A stretch of DNA of 30,123 nucleotides from a virus (lineage: Duplodnaviria > Caudoviricetes): IMG/VR virus record IMGVR_UViG_3300032295_003038, positions 1 through 30,123 of that record; one strand, written 5' to 3'. Both the position numbers and the translations under genes were made by a program. The notes under the pieces were generated by a model that was not told the origin of the DNA, searched no databases, and saw nothing but the letters and a program-made list of their open reading frames with translations. Below, piece after piece: positions 1 to 9,266 of this stretch (positions are counted from its first letter, which is position 1; every line of letters begins with the position of its first letter).

Positions 1-1
1 A

Positions 2-3000
2 TGACATTCCTAAACTATGTGGGGCGCCTGAATGAGTATGTCCTACTGGTCCGCCAGCATGGAACATTAGCGGTCCTAAACCGTAAGCACCATTACCAAT
101 GCCACCCGTAGAGGCGCCAGAGCCTGCAAGACGCATGGGGTCTCTGTCTATGCCCATTCCTGGGCTTGCAAATGGCTTGCGTGGCTGCTCAAGCATCTGA
201 TGCATGTAGTCTGAATGCTGTGGGACCGAACCGCTAAATTTAAGTCCTGGTATTTCTGTTCCGCCCCAAATATCCATGCCTGGGCTGCGTGGCCCAATAA
301 ATCTTGAAAGTTCTCCCCAATATTGACCGAAAGGATTGCCTATAGGTCTTCCAGATCTAGAGTAAGGAACACCTGGTTTTCTTTGTCTTGGTACTGTTAG
401 CGGACCCTTAATCCAATTTCCAGAATCAGTTAAGCTGTTTACAACTTTTCCACCTTCTGCAAACTTCTTTATGTTTACCTTTGTGCCTGCAAAAATTCTT
501 GACCCGCCCATATATTTTGGATCATTTAGCTGTGGATTCATTTCCATTAATTGCTTGACACTAATACCATACTTTGCAGCAATTGCAGATAATGTATCTC
601 CTCTGCCTACTGTGTATCTATCATTTTCATAATCTGACTTAGCATCATCTGCGCTGTAATATTCTGGTGTGCCATATCCATACTTAATAGTATCTACTGG
701 CTTATATGAAGGTCTTCCAAATCCTACAACTGGAGCATTCTTCATATTGTATTGTCTTACTTTTGCATGTACTCCGCCGCCGCTTCTTTGACTTCCAGAA
801 CCTGATGTATTTCCTTCTATAGTTGAAACTGCATTGCTACTTAAAACATTTCTTACTAACCCTACGTGAGAAATTCTATTAACGCCATCTCCTGGGAAAT
901 CCATGAAAGCTAGATCTCCACGCTTTGGATTCATCTTTGTCCACTTGCCACTCTTCATAAATGACTGAGCTCCACCAGGAGTCCAAATCATGCTTGCTAA
1001 ATCTACCCCAGCATTTTTTGCTGCCCAATTTATGAATGCTCCGCACCATGCTATGTATCTGCTCTGCAGATCATAAGCCTTTTGTGCAAATCTACCAAAT
1101 ATAGTGTCGTTGTTTTTTCCTTCTTTATATCCAAGCATAGACTCAGCTGCTTTAATCATTGAGTCTACTGTGCCTAGAGTGCTTTCTTTTCCGCCTCTCA
1201 TCTTACTTACTTTTCCGCCGTTTGCAAACCTACCAGCATTTAGAGCATCAAATGTTTCTGTTCCATACTTTTCAACTGATGAAGCTTTAATTACATATTC
1301 ACCGTTTGAAAGGTATGCTGGAATTGAATCTGAAGTTCCTGTTCCTGGGCCTCTTACATCTCCGCCGCCTTCATAATTAGCTGCATATCCACCCATTGCA
1401 AGTTTTCGGGCTCTTGATGGGAATATCTTTGCATCATATCCAGACTCAACAACATATTTAACTCCATCAACTTCAAAATATTTACCCTTTTGATATTTAT
1501 TTGTATTAATAATATATGTCAGTCCTGCTTTAGTTATTGTTCCATCTTTAGACTTTAGTGGTGCTGCTTCTGCGGCAGTTGTTCCCCCTGGTGCAACTTT
1601 AGGAAGAGTTGCGGCGTTAACCTTAAATGGATCCTCTTTTGTTCCACTTCCAGTTCCTGATGTCGCTCCAGCAAATTTATCTACTGCAAGAATAAACTTA
1701 TCTACAGCTGATGCAAATGCTACATTTTTATTATCATTTACTGCCTTTGCTAAAGCCTGTGCAAGCTGAAGTTCTGGAGACATAGCAACTGGCTTGCCAC
1801 CAGCTTGTGAAGGAGGCTGGTTAATTGCAGGATAGTTGCTAAGCATTTCATCTGCAGCTTTTTTAATTGATCCGCCAGCTTCTCTCATTTCATTAAAGAT
1901 TTGAATTAGAAGCTTTTCGTCTGACTTAGAGAAGTTGCCTCCTGGATTTCTTGTTACAATATCATTTATTCTTGCTCTAAAGTCAGCAATAGTGGCAAGG
2001 TCTGCAGACTTTTTAGCAGCTGTTGAACTTGCTGTGGAGTTATTTTTTTCTGCATCTTCTAATATTTTTTGCAATCTTTCAATTTCTTTATTCTGTTGCT
2101 CAATACGCTTTTCATAATCATTTGAAATTGATTCTCTTGTAATCTGTCTCTGTCTATCTTCTTGCAGCTTTTTAATGTTAAGTTGAGATTGAGCCGCAGC
2201 CGCAAGATCTCCAGCAGCCAAGAACTCCTGGTATCTTATCTGCTCTTCCTTTAAAGATTTAGCAAAATCGGCTTCGGCCTGTTGAACATCCAAAAGCTTT
2301 AATCTAGCATTTCTTTCTTTTTCTAACTGATCTATAACCTTTTGGATTGCTTTTATTTTATCCTTGTAATAATCGGCATCAAACTTTGCAGCAGCTTTTT
2401 GAGCCTTAATTGCATTTTCAGAGGCTTTCTTTGCTGCATCATAAAGTTTTGCTAAAGCAGAGAGGGGGTTATTTGAATCTGTTGATGAAGTTACTTCATT
2501 CAAAGCGCCCTGATATGCAGCAAGTTGTCTAGCAAAGTCTACAGCTTGTTTTCCAGTCATAGCTGCAATATTTATCTTATCTGCTAAACCAGCTGCGTAT
2601 ATCGCTGTTTTTGCATAAATACTTTGAAGAGTTTCTCCATTTTTTAATATAGTTGCATAAACTAAATTTTGTTGTTTAAGACCATCTAAAGTCTTTTTAT
2701 CTATTTCATTTGTTGCGCCTTTTATTTTTCCTATTTCATCCAAGGTCTGCTTAAGTGCATCAGCTTCTGTTAATTCTGTTTTTCCATCTTCTCCGCCTTT
2801 TGATCCAACCAAAGAATCTTGGTATGTAGAAAGAACATTAATCATATTCTCTACACCAGTATTTAGCTCTTCTAGGAATCCCTTACTTGTGCTACCATTC
2901 ATTGCTATTATTGCATTTGAAACCATTTTAACTGATGCTGCGGCAGCAGATGCTCTGTCTGTAATTTGTTTAAATGAATCAGAAGATATTGCTGAAACTG

Positions 3001-6000
3001 ACTGACCTGATTTATTTGATGCAGCAATTAAAGCATAAATTTTATTTGTTGCTTGTTGCACAGACATTCCCATAGATACATATTGAGACTTAAGCGATGT
3101 AGCTAATTGATTAACCTTAGATGAATCTATATTATTAAACGCTGCTAAAGTTTCTGGCATTTCTTTTTTAACTCTAGCAGTTTCTTCTCTTAATTCTTTA
3201 ATTGTAAAAGTTAATCCACTTATACCAGTTTTTGTATTTGAGTCATACGATGCATTTGCTTTAGCACGCTGCAAATCTAACTGGGCATTTATATCTTTTA
3301 ATCTAGTAGATAGGTCTTTGTACTTTCCAGAAAGACCTGCCTCTCCTAAAGTTTTTTCATTAGCTCCAAATGCTAGTCTATTTGCCTTACCAGCATCTTC
3401 ATACTTTTTCTTTAGATCTAATAATACTTTTCCTAAAGCTATTGCAGATGTTACTGCTAATCCAAACCCAGCAAACTTCATAACTTTTGATAATGTAAGT
3501 GTTCCTTTTATTAAAAATGGCAAAATTGATGCTACTTGTCCTAACATAGAGCCAATCATAAAGCCCGTGTTTCCACCCATAGCTTGTCCAGCCACTCCTC
3601 CGCCAACTGCTGTTGCCATGCTAAATACTTGAGCTTTAGCTCCGTATGGATTTATCCCTGACGAACCTTTTGTTATTGGAGTCATTCCCATTTGAGTTGC
3701 TAAAGGAGTTTCGTATCCAGGCATAGTAGGAATAGCAGGAAGTCCATATCCTGTTCTGTTCTTAACAATATCTCCGCCTGGAATTATTCCGCCTGAATTT
3801 CTAGGAACAAATATTTCTGGTCCGTTTTCTCCAACAAGGTAAGGTCTGTTTGCATTAACTGGACCACCCATGGCACGTGTACCGTCGACAACTGTTTCTA
3901 GTTTTAATGTTCCATTTTCATAACCAACAACTCTAAACTTTCCTCCAAAAATAGATTCCTGTTCGGATCTTGAGTTATTAGGTATCTTTTGTCCAAACGG
4001 TGCTGAGAATTTTGCATCAGGGAATATGTCAGAAGCTGGAACAACATTTCTATTTCTTACAGCTGCTTCTATAAGTATTGATGAGCCATCTGGAGACTTT
4101 CCATGTCCTGGAGCAAACAGAGAAGCAACTCCACGATTTTTACTCCATGATGAACGACGCATAATAAATTCTTGGCCAATAAGTCCAGATAGGTCTCCAC
4201 TTACTCTTGCCTGATCAATTGCTTCTATAATATTCTGAGGAAGAGGGTTTGCTCTATTTTTACTTAGCTTTATTCCTCTATAAAGAGTTCCACTAAATTT
4301 TCTAGACAACTTCTTCATTAAGTCTGTAGCACCTGGAGTATTTAATATTCCATAGTTACCAGCCATGTATTGACGAAGTATATATTTACCACGCTCTTCT
4401 TCAGATCCAATTGGGAACTGAGGCATAACATTTTGTCTTGCAAATCTATCATCTTGATAAATTACTTCCCGTGTCCACTCATGATCATCTTGTCTATTTT
4501 TTGGAACCATTGTTCTGCCAATTTGAAGTGGACCATGTAGTGGATCTTGGTTTCCTAATGTATATTGATGTCCCTGTGGCCAAAATTGTTCTTTTGGCTT
4601 CCACCTTGCAGTCAATCTAGCAATTGCACTAGATGCTAATGATGGAACCCCATAACCATACCTTCCTCTTTGTATGTTACCTCCTGGGATCATTCCTCCA
4701 AGATTTGCGGCAAAAGGCATGGCTGCTGAATTTTTGGAGAATCTAGTCATTGCTCCGATTTCTGCAGAGTTTACTAGCTGTCCCCACATGGCTTCATTCA
4801 TTAAGCCATTTCTTTTTTCTACAAGGCTGTTAAGTCTGGCGGCTGCAATCTCTGCAACTTGTTGTGCTTGAGCTTCTGGAACACCTATATCTTTTAGTTT
4901 TCCCAAAAGACTTTGCATGTCTTCCCAGCCTACATCTCTCCATGCATCTTTCCAGCCTTTTCCATCTGAAGTTCTTGCTGGAGAGCCATCGCCTTTAATT
5001 TTTTGATTAAATCCTGCAGTGTTTTTTACCCATGTTGTTGACAAAGCATTTAGTGTTGAGAATTTAGTACCTTGTGGTACCGATACGCCTAAAGATCTTA
5101 GTACTGATACTGGAATCTGATCTTCTGGGCCGTACCCTAAAGATGCAAGCCTTCTTACAAATGAGGGAGGGAAAGCATGAACCAGTACATCTCCTTTTTT
5201 TGTTGGAGTAATTCCGTATCTTTTATTAGTTTCATCGGAATAAATTGCACTAGATCTTGAACGTGCTGAAGAATATTGTATAGAACCTGATCCTGGTTCT
5301 GAGACAGACTGTGTATTAGAACCAGTTGTATCCCATCTATTTCTGCTGGCCCTCCAATATCTTGTTCCTGGAGATCTACCTCCTCCTATCATAGAAGATC
5401 TAGATAAATAGTTGGCAATTAAAGATGCTGGATTTAAACCATAGCTCTTTTTATTTCTAGAGATATCTCCACCAAAAGCATACCCGTTATTTGCTGCGTC
5501 GACTGCAGCGTATAGCTCTGGATCTCTATGTATTCCTGGACCAAAAATTGTTTCTTTTGGAGTCAACATGGCTCTCATTGTGGATCCGCTATTGCTAAAT
5601 GTTGACGGTGCTGCAGCAACTAAATCTTTATTACGAGGATCTAGTGACGCTCCTTGATTTAAAACATACCCATCTAATGGAACATTTCCAAATCTGTCAT
5701 CGTAATTAATAGATGATGGACCAGAAACTACAGTCTTACTTGGGCCAAAGTTTTCAATGTTTCCACCTGCATTAAATCTTTTTGGTCTTGTGGTTTCAAT
5801 GCTATATGGAGCACCATATGTTTTAACTCCAAGAACCTTTGCAATAGAATTAAATAATGTTCTTGTTCTTCCTGGACGAGTAAGCTCTTTCATATTTGAT
5901 TTACCAGTAATTGGATCAAATGCTGGTTGAGCTACAAGTGGGAGCTGTGTTAAGTTAATTGATCTTCCTTGTGCAGTAGCAACTTCTGTTGCTGCCTGCC

Positions 6001-8488
6001 CCATCATCATTTCAATCTGTCTATTTAAAGCAACAACTCTTGCTCTTGCTTGATCAACGGTTATCTTCGATGCTTGTAACTGTGCAACAATTTCAGCAGA
6101 TTCAGTTGCGGCTAAAGTTGTTATTCTTGACATTTGAGGAAGAAGGGCTTGATAAGAATCTGATAATGAAGTTGTAATCAATCCAGTTGCCGCAATTTCA
6201 CGCTTTAATAAAGCAATCTCTGCTTCGGATTGCATGGCAAGTGCGCCAGTCATTGCGTGCCACTTTGCCGCTTCTCCTGCAACTATTCCAGTAGAAACAC
6301 CCTTGATTGAAGATACTCCAGCAACTTTTGGTAAGTCTGAACTCATATACATCTGAGGATTATTGCTAATTGCATTATTTACTTTAGGTGCACCTGGAAC
6401 AATTCCAAATATGGTTTGTGCTTCTCTTTCAGCTGGTGTCATAGCTGAAACAGGATTTGGGTGAGAATAAGATCTTGTGTCTTTTTTAGATATGTAGCTA
6501 CTTGTAGGATCTACTTCTCTTATAGCTGTTCCAGTCATAACAACCTGACCAGCAACTGTTGAAATTGTAGGAGCTGCGCTTACGCCAGAATTTGCTCTTG
6601 CCTGCAATATTCTAAACTCTTCATTTAAGTTATGTAGTGCTGTAGATAAAACGGATGCTGCTTTTGCATCACTATAAAATGTTGTTTCTAATAAATTACC
6701 AGCTTTATTTGCAGCTAGTATTTCTGGAGTTAATAACTTCCAGCCTTCTCCGCCTTTAAATAATGCTCTAAAATAAGATGCGCCTTTAACAACATATCCC
6801 AAGAAGTTCGCCAAAACACCTGTGAGCATAATTATTGGGCCAGTCAATGCTGTAAATCCTGCAGCAAATGTTAATAACTTTTTGATTGGGTCTGGTAGCT
6901 TGTTTGCAAATTGAACTACTTTGTCAATAATATTTATAAAGAAAGTTCCAATGTTTAAGAACTGCTCTCCTACTCCAGCTAAGCTGGCTTTTAAAGATTC
7001 TAATGCTCTCTTATATTTACCAGATGCAGACTCTGTAATTTGAGATAATTCTCGGCTGGCAATATTAGCTAAATCTTGTGTACTGGTTTTCATTAAGTCT
7101 AGTACTTGTAATGTCTGACTTCCCTCTTTGCCTAGGTTTTCAAATAGTGCAGATAGTCTTGCAAACTGGAACTTTCCAAAAAGCTGCTCGATTGCTTTTG
7201 ATTTACTTAGTGGGTCAAGTTTGTCTAAAGCAGATTGAAGCTCTAACATCATTCCAGTTAGATTACCAGAATTAGAATTAACTATGTTTTCAAGATCAAT
7301 TCCAAATCCCTGGAACATTTCTTTAGCTACTTTAGTAGGATTAATAAGAGACGCTAATGAAGACTTAATTGCATTTGCACCTTCAGATGCATTTACTCCG
7401 CCCTCTTTCATTGCAGTTAAATATAATGCTAAATCTTGGACTGATCCGCCAAGACTTTCAATTACTGGTCCTGCTTTTGGAATCGCTTCTACTAAATCTG
7501 CAAGAGATGTGGATGTCTGGTTTTCAACTGCGTTTAAAAAGTTAATTGATTCAGAAAGTTCTGTTGTATTTTGCTTAAAAGCTGTCTGAATTGCAAGTGT
7601 GGCTTTCATTGCTTCTTGTCTATCAACTTCACCAAGTATGGAAAGTCTTGTGGTTTCTTGAGTTGATCTTATTAGATCTTCGCCCTGCTTTCCTGTTGCA
7701 GCAATATCTGCAGCTAGTGCGATTGTTTCTTTGTAAGATGCTCCGTAAGCAGCTGCCAATTCTCTTGCTGTGGCAGAAACTTCTTTTCTTACTTTTGCTA
7801 ACTCTGTTGCAGAAGTTTGTGCAACACCACCATAAACCTTTGTTAATCTTACGAGCTGCTCATCTGCTTCTCTAAATGCTTTTGACGCAGCAATTCCAAA
7901 AGCTGTTATGGGTACAGTCAATCCTACAGTTAACTGGCGTCCAGCCCACTGAGTATTTTTACCCCAGTTAATTAATTGAACTCCGCCGTCTTGAATAACT
8001 TTATTAAATATCTGCATCTCTTGCTTAAGAAGAGCTGCTTTATTTTTAGTAGCATCCAGACCTCTTGGTATCTGAACGTTAAACTGCATTAAACCTTCGG
8101 CATTTCTACCTAGTGGCTGAAGTATTGCATTTTGTAATTGAACTTGCTGTCTTGCTAACTCCCTAATCATTCCGCCTGAAGTTTTTGTATGATCCGAAAA
8201 TGTTCTATAGTAATCTCTAAGCTTAAGTCTGCCTTGATCTAGATTTTTTCCAAATCTTTCTACGTCTGAAGAAAGACTTACGAAGTGGGTTGAGAACTGA
8301 CCAGTGCTTCTAAGTGTTGCTGAAAAGCCTTGCTGGATCTTTGCTGCATCCATTGCAAGTGATTTATTTGTTGTTGCTAAAGCACCTTTTAATTGAGCGA
8401 GCTCTGCCGTAGCCTTTTGCACATTAGCAATAAGACTTGAGAAATTAGCATTAGCTACTATATTCGTAACTATTGTCTCATTGGCCAT
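2..8488 (-). CDS. Tape measure protein, >=2829 aa, 3' end outside the window; multi-domain (TMP core, hydrophobic segments, ADP-ribosyltransferase, CHAP, LysM)
   Basis: ATG at 8488 (MANETIVTNIVANANFSSL...). Manual translation found no stop down to base 2, which explains its absence from the ORF track. TP901-type TMP core (WAGRQLTVGLTVP...AVENQTSTSLADLVEAIPKAG...EGGVNASEGANAIKS). Lies directly after the tail chaperone genes. Confidence 0.93.
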   Translation of the reverse strand, partial: MANETIVTNIVANANFSSLIANVQKATAELAQLKGALATTNKSLAMDAAKIQQGFSATLRSTGQFSTHFVSLSSDVERFGKNLDQGRLKLRDYYRTFSDHTKTSGGMIRELARQQVQLQNAILQPLGRNAEGLMQFNVQIPRGLDATKNKAALLKQEMQIFNKVIQDGGVQLINWGKNTQWAGRQLTVGLTVPITAFGIAASKAFREADEQLVRLTKVYGGVAQTSATELAKVRKEVSATARELAAAYGASYKETIALAADIAATGKQGEDLIRSTQETTRLSILGEVDRQEAMKATLAIQTAFKQNTTELSESINFLNAVENQTSTSLADLVEAIPKAGPVIESLGGSVQDLALYLTAMKEGGVNASEGANAIKSSLASLINPTKVAKEMFQGFGIDLENIVNSNSGNLTGMMLELQSALDKLDPLSKSKAIEQLFGKFQFARLSALFENLGKEGSQTLQVLDLMKTSTQDLANIASRELSQITESASGKYKRALESLKASLAGVGEQFLNIGTFFINIIDKVVQFANKLPDPIKKLLTFAAGFTALTGPIIMLTGVLANFLGYVVKGASYFRALFKGGEGWKLLTPEILAANKAGNLLETTFYSDAKAASVLSTALHNLNEEFRILQARANSGVSAAPTISTVAGQVVMTGTAIREVDPTSSYISKKDTRSYSHPNPVSAMTPAEREAQTIFGIVPGAPKVNNAISNNPQMYMSSDLPKVAGVSSIKGVSTGIVAGEAAKWHAMTGALAMQSEAEIALLKREIAATGLITTSLSDSYQALLPQMSRITTLAATESAEIVAQLQASKITVDQARARVVALNRQIEMMMGQAATEVATAQGRSINLTQLPLVAQPAFDPITGKSNMKELTRPGRTRTLFNSIAKVLGVKTYGAPYSIETTRPKRFNAGGNIENFGPSKTVVSGPSSINYDDRFGNVPLDGYVLNQGASLDPRNKDLVAAAPSTFSNSGSTMRAMLTPKETIFGPGIHRDPELYAAVDAANNGYAFGGDISRNKKSYGLNPASLIANYLSRSSMIGGGRSPGTRYWRASRNRWDTTGSNTQSVSEPGSGSIQYSSARSRSSAIYSDETNKRYGITPTKKGDVLVHAFPPSFVRRLASLGYGPEDQIPVSVLRSLGVSVPQGTKFSTLNALSTTWVKNTAGFNQKIKGDGSPARTSDGKGWKDAWRDVGWEDMQSLLGKLKDIGVPEAQAQQVAEIAAARLNSLVEKRNGLMNEAMWGQLVNSAEIGAMTRFSKNSAAMPFAANLGGMIPGGNIQRGRYGYGVPSLASSAIARLTARWKPKEQFWPQGHQYTLGNQDPLHGPLQIGRTMVPKNRQDDHEWTREVIYQDDRFARQNVMPQFPIGSEEERGKYILRQYMAGNYGILNTPGATDLMKKLSRKFSGTLYRGIKLSKNRANPLPQNIIEAIDQARVSGDLSGLIGQEFIMRRSSWSKNRGVASLFAPGHGKSPDGSSILIEAAVRNRNVVPASDIFPDAKFSAPFGQKIPNNSRSEQESIFGGKFRVVGYENGTLKLETVVDGTRAMGGPVNANRPYLVGENGPEIFVPRNSGGIIPGGDIVKNRTGYGLPAIPTMPGYETPLATQMGMTPITKGSSGINPYGAKAQVFSMATAVGGGVAGQAMGGNTGFMIGSMLGQVASILPFLIKGTLTLSKVMKFAGFGLAVTSAIALGKVLLDLKKKYEDAGKANRLAFGANEKTLGEAGLSGKYKDLSTRLKDINAQLDLQRAKANASYDSNTKTGISGLTFTIKELREETARVKKEMPETLAAFNNIDSSKVNQLATSLKSQYVSMGMSVQQATNKIYALIAASNKSGQSVSAISSDSFKQITDRASAAAASVKMVSNAIIAMNGSTSKGFLEELNTGVENMINVLSTYQDSLVGSKGGEDGKTELTEADALKQTLDEIGKIKGATNEIDKKTLDGLKQQNLVYATILKNGETLQSIYAKTAIYAAGLADKINIAAMTGKQAVDFARQLAAYQGALNEVTSSTDSNNPLSALAKLYDAAKKASENAIKAQKAAAKFDADYYKDKIKAIQKVIDQLEKERNARLKLLDVQQAEADFAKSLKEEQIRYQEFLAAGDLAAAAQSQLNIKKLQEDRQRQITRESISNDYEKRIEQQNKEIERLQKILEDAEKNNSTASSTAAKKSADLATIADFRARINDIVTRNPGGNFSKSDEKLLIQIFNEMREAGGSIKKAADEMLSNYPAINQPPSQAGGKPVAMSPELQLAQALAKAVNDNKNVAFASAVDKFILAVDKFAGATSGTGSGTKEDPFKVNAATLPKVAPGGTTAAEAAPLKSKDGTITKAGLTYIINTNKYQKGKYFEVDGVKYVVESGYDAKIFPSRARKLAMGGYAANYEGGGDVRGPGTGTSDSIPAYLSNGEYVIKASSVEKYGTETFDALNAGRFANGGKVSKMRGGKESTLGTVDSMIKAAESMLGYKEGKNNDTIFGRFAQKAYDLQSRYIAWCGAFINWAAKNAGVDLASMIWTPGGAQSFMKSGKWTKMNPKRGDLAFMDFPGDGVNRISHVGLVRNVLSSNAVSTIEGNTSGSGSQRSGGGVHAKVRQYNMKNAPVVGFGRPSYKPVDTIKYGYGTPEYYSADDAKSDYENDRYTVGRGDTLSAIAAKYGISVKQLMEMNPQLNDPKYMGGSRIFAGTKVNIKKFAEGGKVVNSLTDSGNWIKGPLTVPRQRKPGVPYSRSGRPIGNPFGQYWGELSRFIGPRSPGMDIWGGTEIPGLKFSGSVPQHSDYMHQMLEQPRKPFASPGMGIDRDPMRLAGSGASTGGIGNGAYGLGPLMFHAGGPVGHTHSGAPHSLGMS
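470..616 (-). other. LysM peptidoglycan-binding domain within the tape measure protein
   Basis: YTVGRGDTLSAIAAKYGISVKQLMEMNPQL...IFAGTKVNI matches the LysM consensus YxVxxGDTLxxIAxxYGxSxxxLxxxN. Confidence 0.9.
710..1150 (-). other. CHAP (cysteine/histidine amidohydrolase/peptidase) domain within the tape measure protein
   Basis: AWCGAFINW (Cys codon 1043-1045), PKRGDLAFMDF, SHVGLV (His codon 866-868), TIEGNT, VVGFGRP. Confidence 0.88.
3880..4620 (-). other. ADP-ribosyltransferase (R-S-E, VIP2/C3-like) domain within the tape measure protein
   Basis: TLYRG (LYRG 4274-4285), SSWS (4142-4153) and SEQESIF (EQE 3956-3964) followed by GKFRVVG, in the correct order and with plausible spacing. Domain boundaries are approximate. 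Confidence 0.75.
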
Positions 8489-8498
8489 ATATTATATG

Positions 8499-9157
8499 TT
8501 ACCCCACTTCGTATCCCAAACCTGCTCCGATTCCAAATCCATTCTCTGCGGCAATTGATCCTTGTAGTGAAACAACATCGTCACCACTTGCATTTATTCC
8601 TAGAGCTCTTCTTTGAATATCTTCAAAAGTTGGGCCTTCTTTTTCTTCTTCGGATTCAAGGTTGATACCTTGAAGTCCTGCTAAGAATTTTCTTTCTTTT
8701 TCTTCTTTCTTATTCATTGATTGCAAGGTTTGAATAAGTTCTGGCATTGAAAGGTTTTCTTCTAGCTGCTCATAGTTTTTCCAATGACCTAGAAGAAAAA
8801 CCTCTCCAAGTAAAGCGGCTAAATCTAGTTCTGACCAGCCAGAACCGCTGCCGCTAGAAGGTTTGGGTCATCCATCTTTATCCCACCACATACTTCTAGA
8901 ATACGATTAATTGTAGGAACATCTAATGCATCTTCTAGTGCATCTCTATCTGCTACCAACTCTGGTAACTGCTTTTCTAATGCTACTGCACATGCATCAA
9001 TAAGGATGTCTAATGTCTCATCTTCTGATGTTGTATTTGCTGTTTTTTGAATAGCGATCATAAACTTGCGAAGCTCTTTAATTGTTAAAGGCTTTAGCTT
9101 TACGGTTGCGCCATTTTGTAGTTGAATTTCTTCTACGTCATAGATTGTAGTTGCCAA
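8499..9157 (-). CDS. Tail assembly chaperone, long form (gpGT-like, ~219 aa) produced by -1 frameshift
   Basis: Slippery heptamer C CCA AAC at 8861-8867. The -1 frame is open from 8861 to the stop at 8499 (PSSGSGSGWSELDLAALLGEVFLLGHWKNYEQLEENLSMPEL...). Located between the major tail and tape measure genes. Confidence 0.85.
8825..9157 (-). CDS. Tail assembly chaperone, short form (gpG-like, 110 aa)
   Basis: ORF with AGGAGG Shine-Dalgarno; position after the major tail gene; slippery site near its 3' end. Confidence 0.88.
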   Translation of the reverse strand: MATTIYDVEEIQLQNGATVKLKPLTIKELRKFMIAIQKTANTTSEDETLDILIDACAVALEKQLPELVADRDALEDALDVPTINRILEVCGGIKMDDPNLLAAAVLAGQN

Positions 9158-9183
9158 TTTATCCTCCTAGGATTGTCTTAATT

Positions 9184-9212
9184 ATTATAACAAAACACCT
9201 TTACTAATACAA
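9184..9212 (-). promoter_or_regulatory. Sigma70/SigA-type promoter for the chaperone/tape measure genes
   Basis: TTGTAT-17 bp-TATAAT with extended -10 TGn, immediately downstream of the terminator. Confidence 0.7.
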
Positions 9213-9240
9213 GCAGAAAGCCCCCATTTCTGGGGGCCTT
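9211..9240 (-). terminator. Intrinsic terminator after the major tail gene
   Basis: AAGGCCCCCA-GAAA-TGGGGGCTTT followed by CTGCTT on the minus strand: GC stem, GNRA loop, U-rich tail. Confidence 0.8.
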
Positions 9241-9266
9241 CCAATTAATTTAAATTAATTAAATTA

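Noticed and set aside
1104-7875. Numerous short plus-strand ORFs
   Set aside because: All lie antisense to the uninterrupted tape measure frame and have no protein-like features.
8499-8747. 82-aa ORF as a stand-alone gene
   Set aside because: No SD before ATG 8747; the frame extends upstream to the slippery site, so it is better explained as the frameshift extension.
9243-9260. Perfect 18-bp palindrome AATTAATTTAAATTAATT after the major tail stop
   Set aside because: AT-only low complexity in an AT-rich intergenic region; no second copy noticed; cannot support an operator call.
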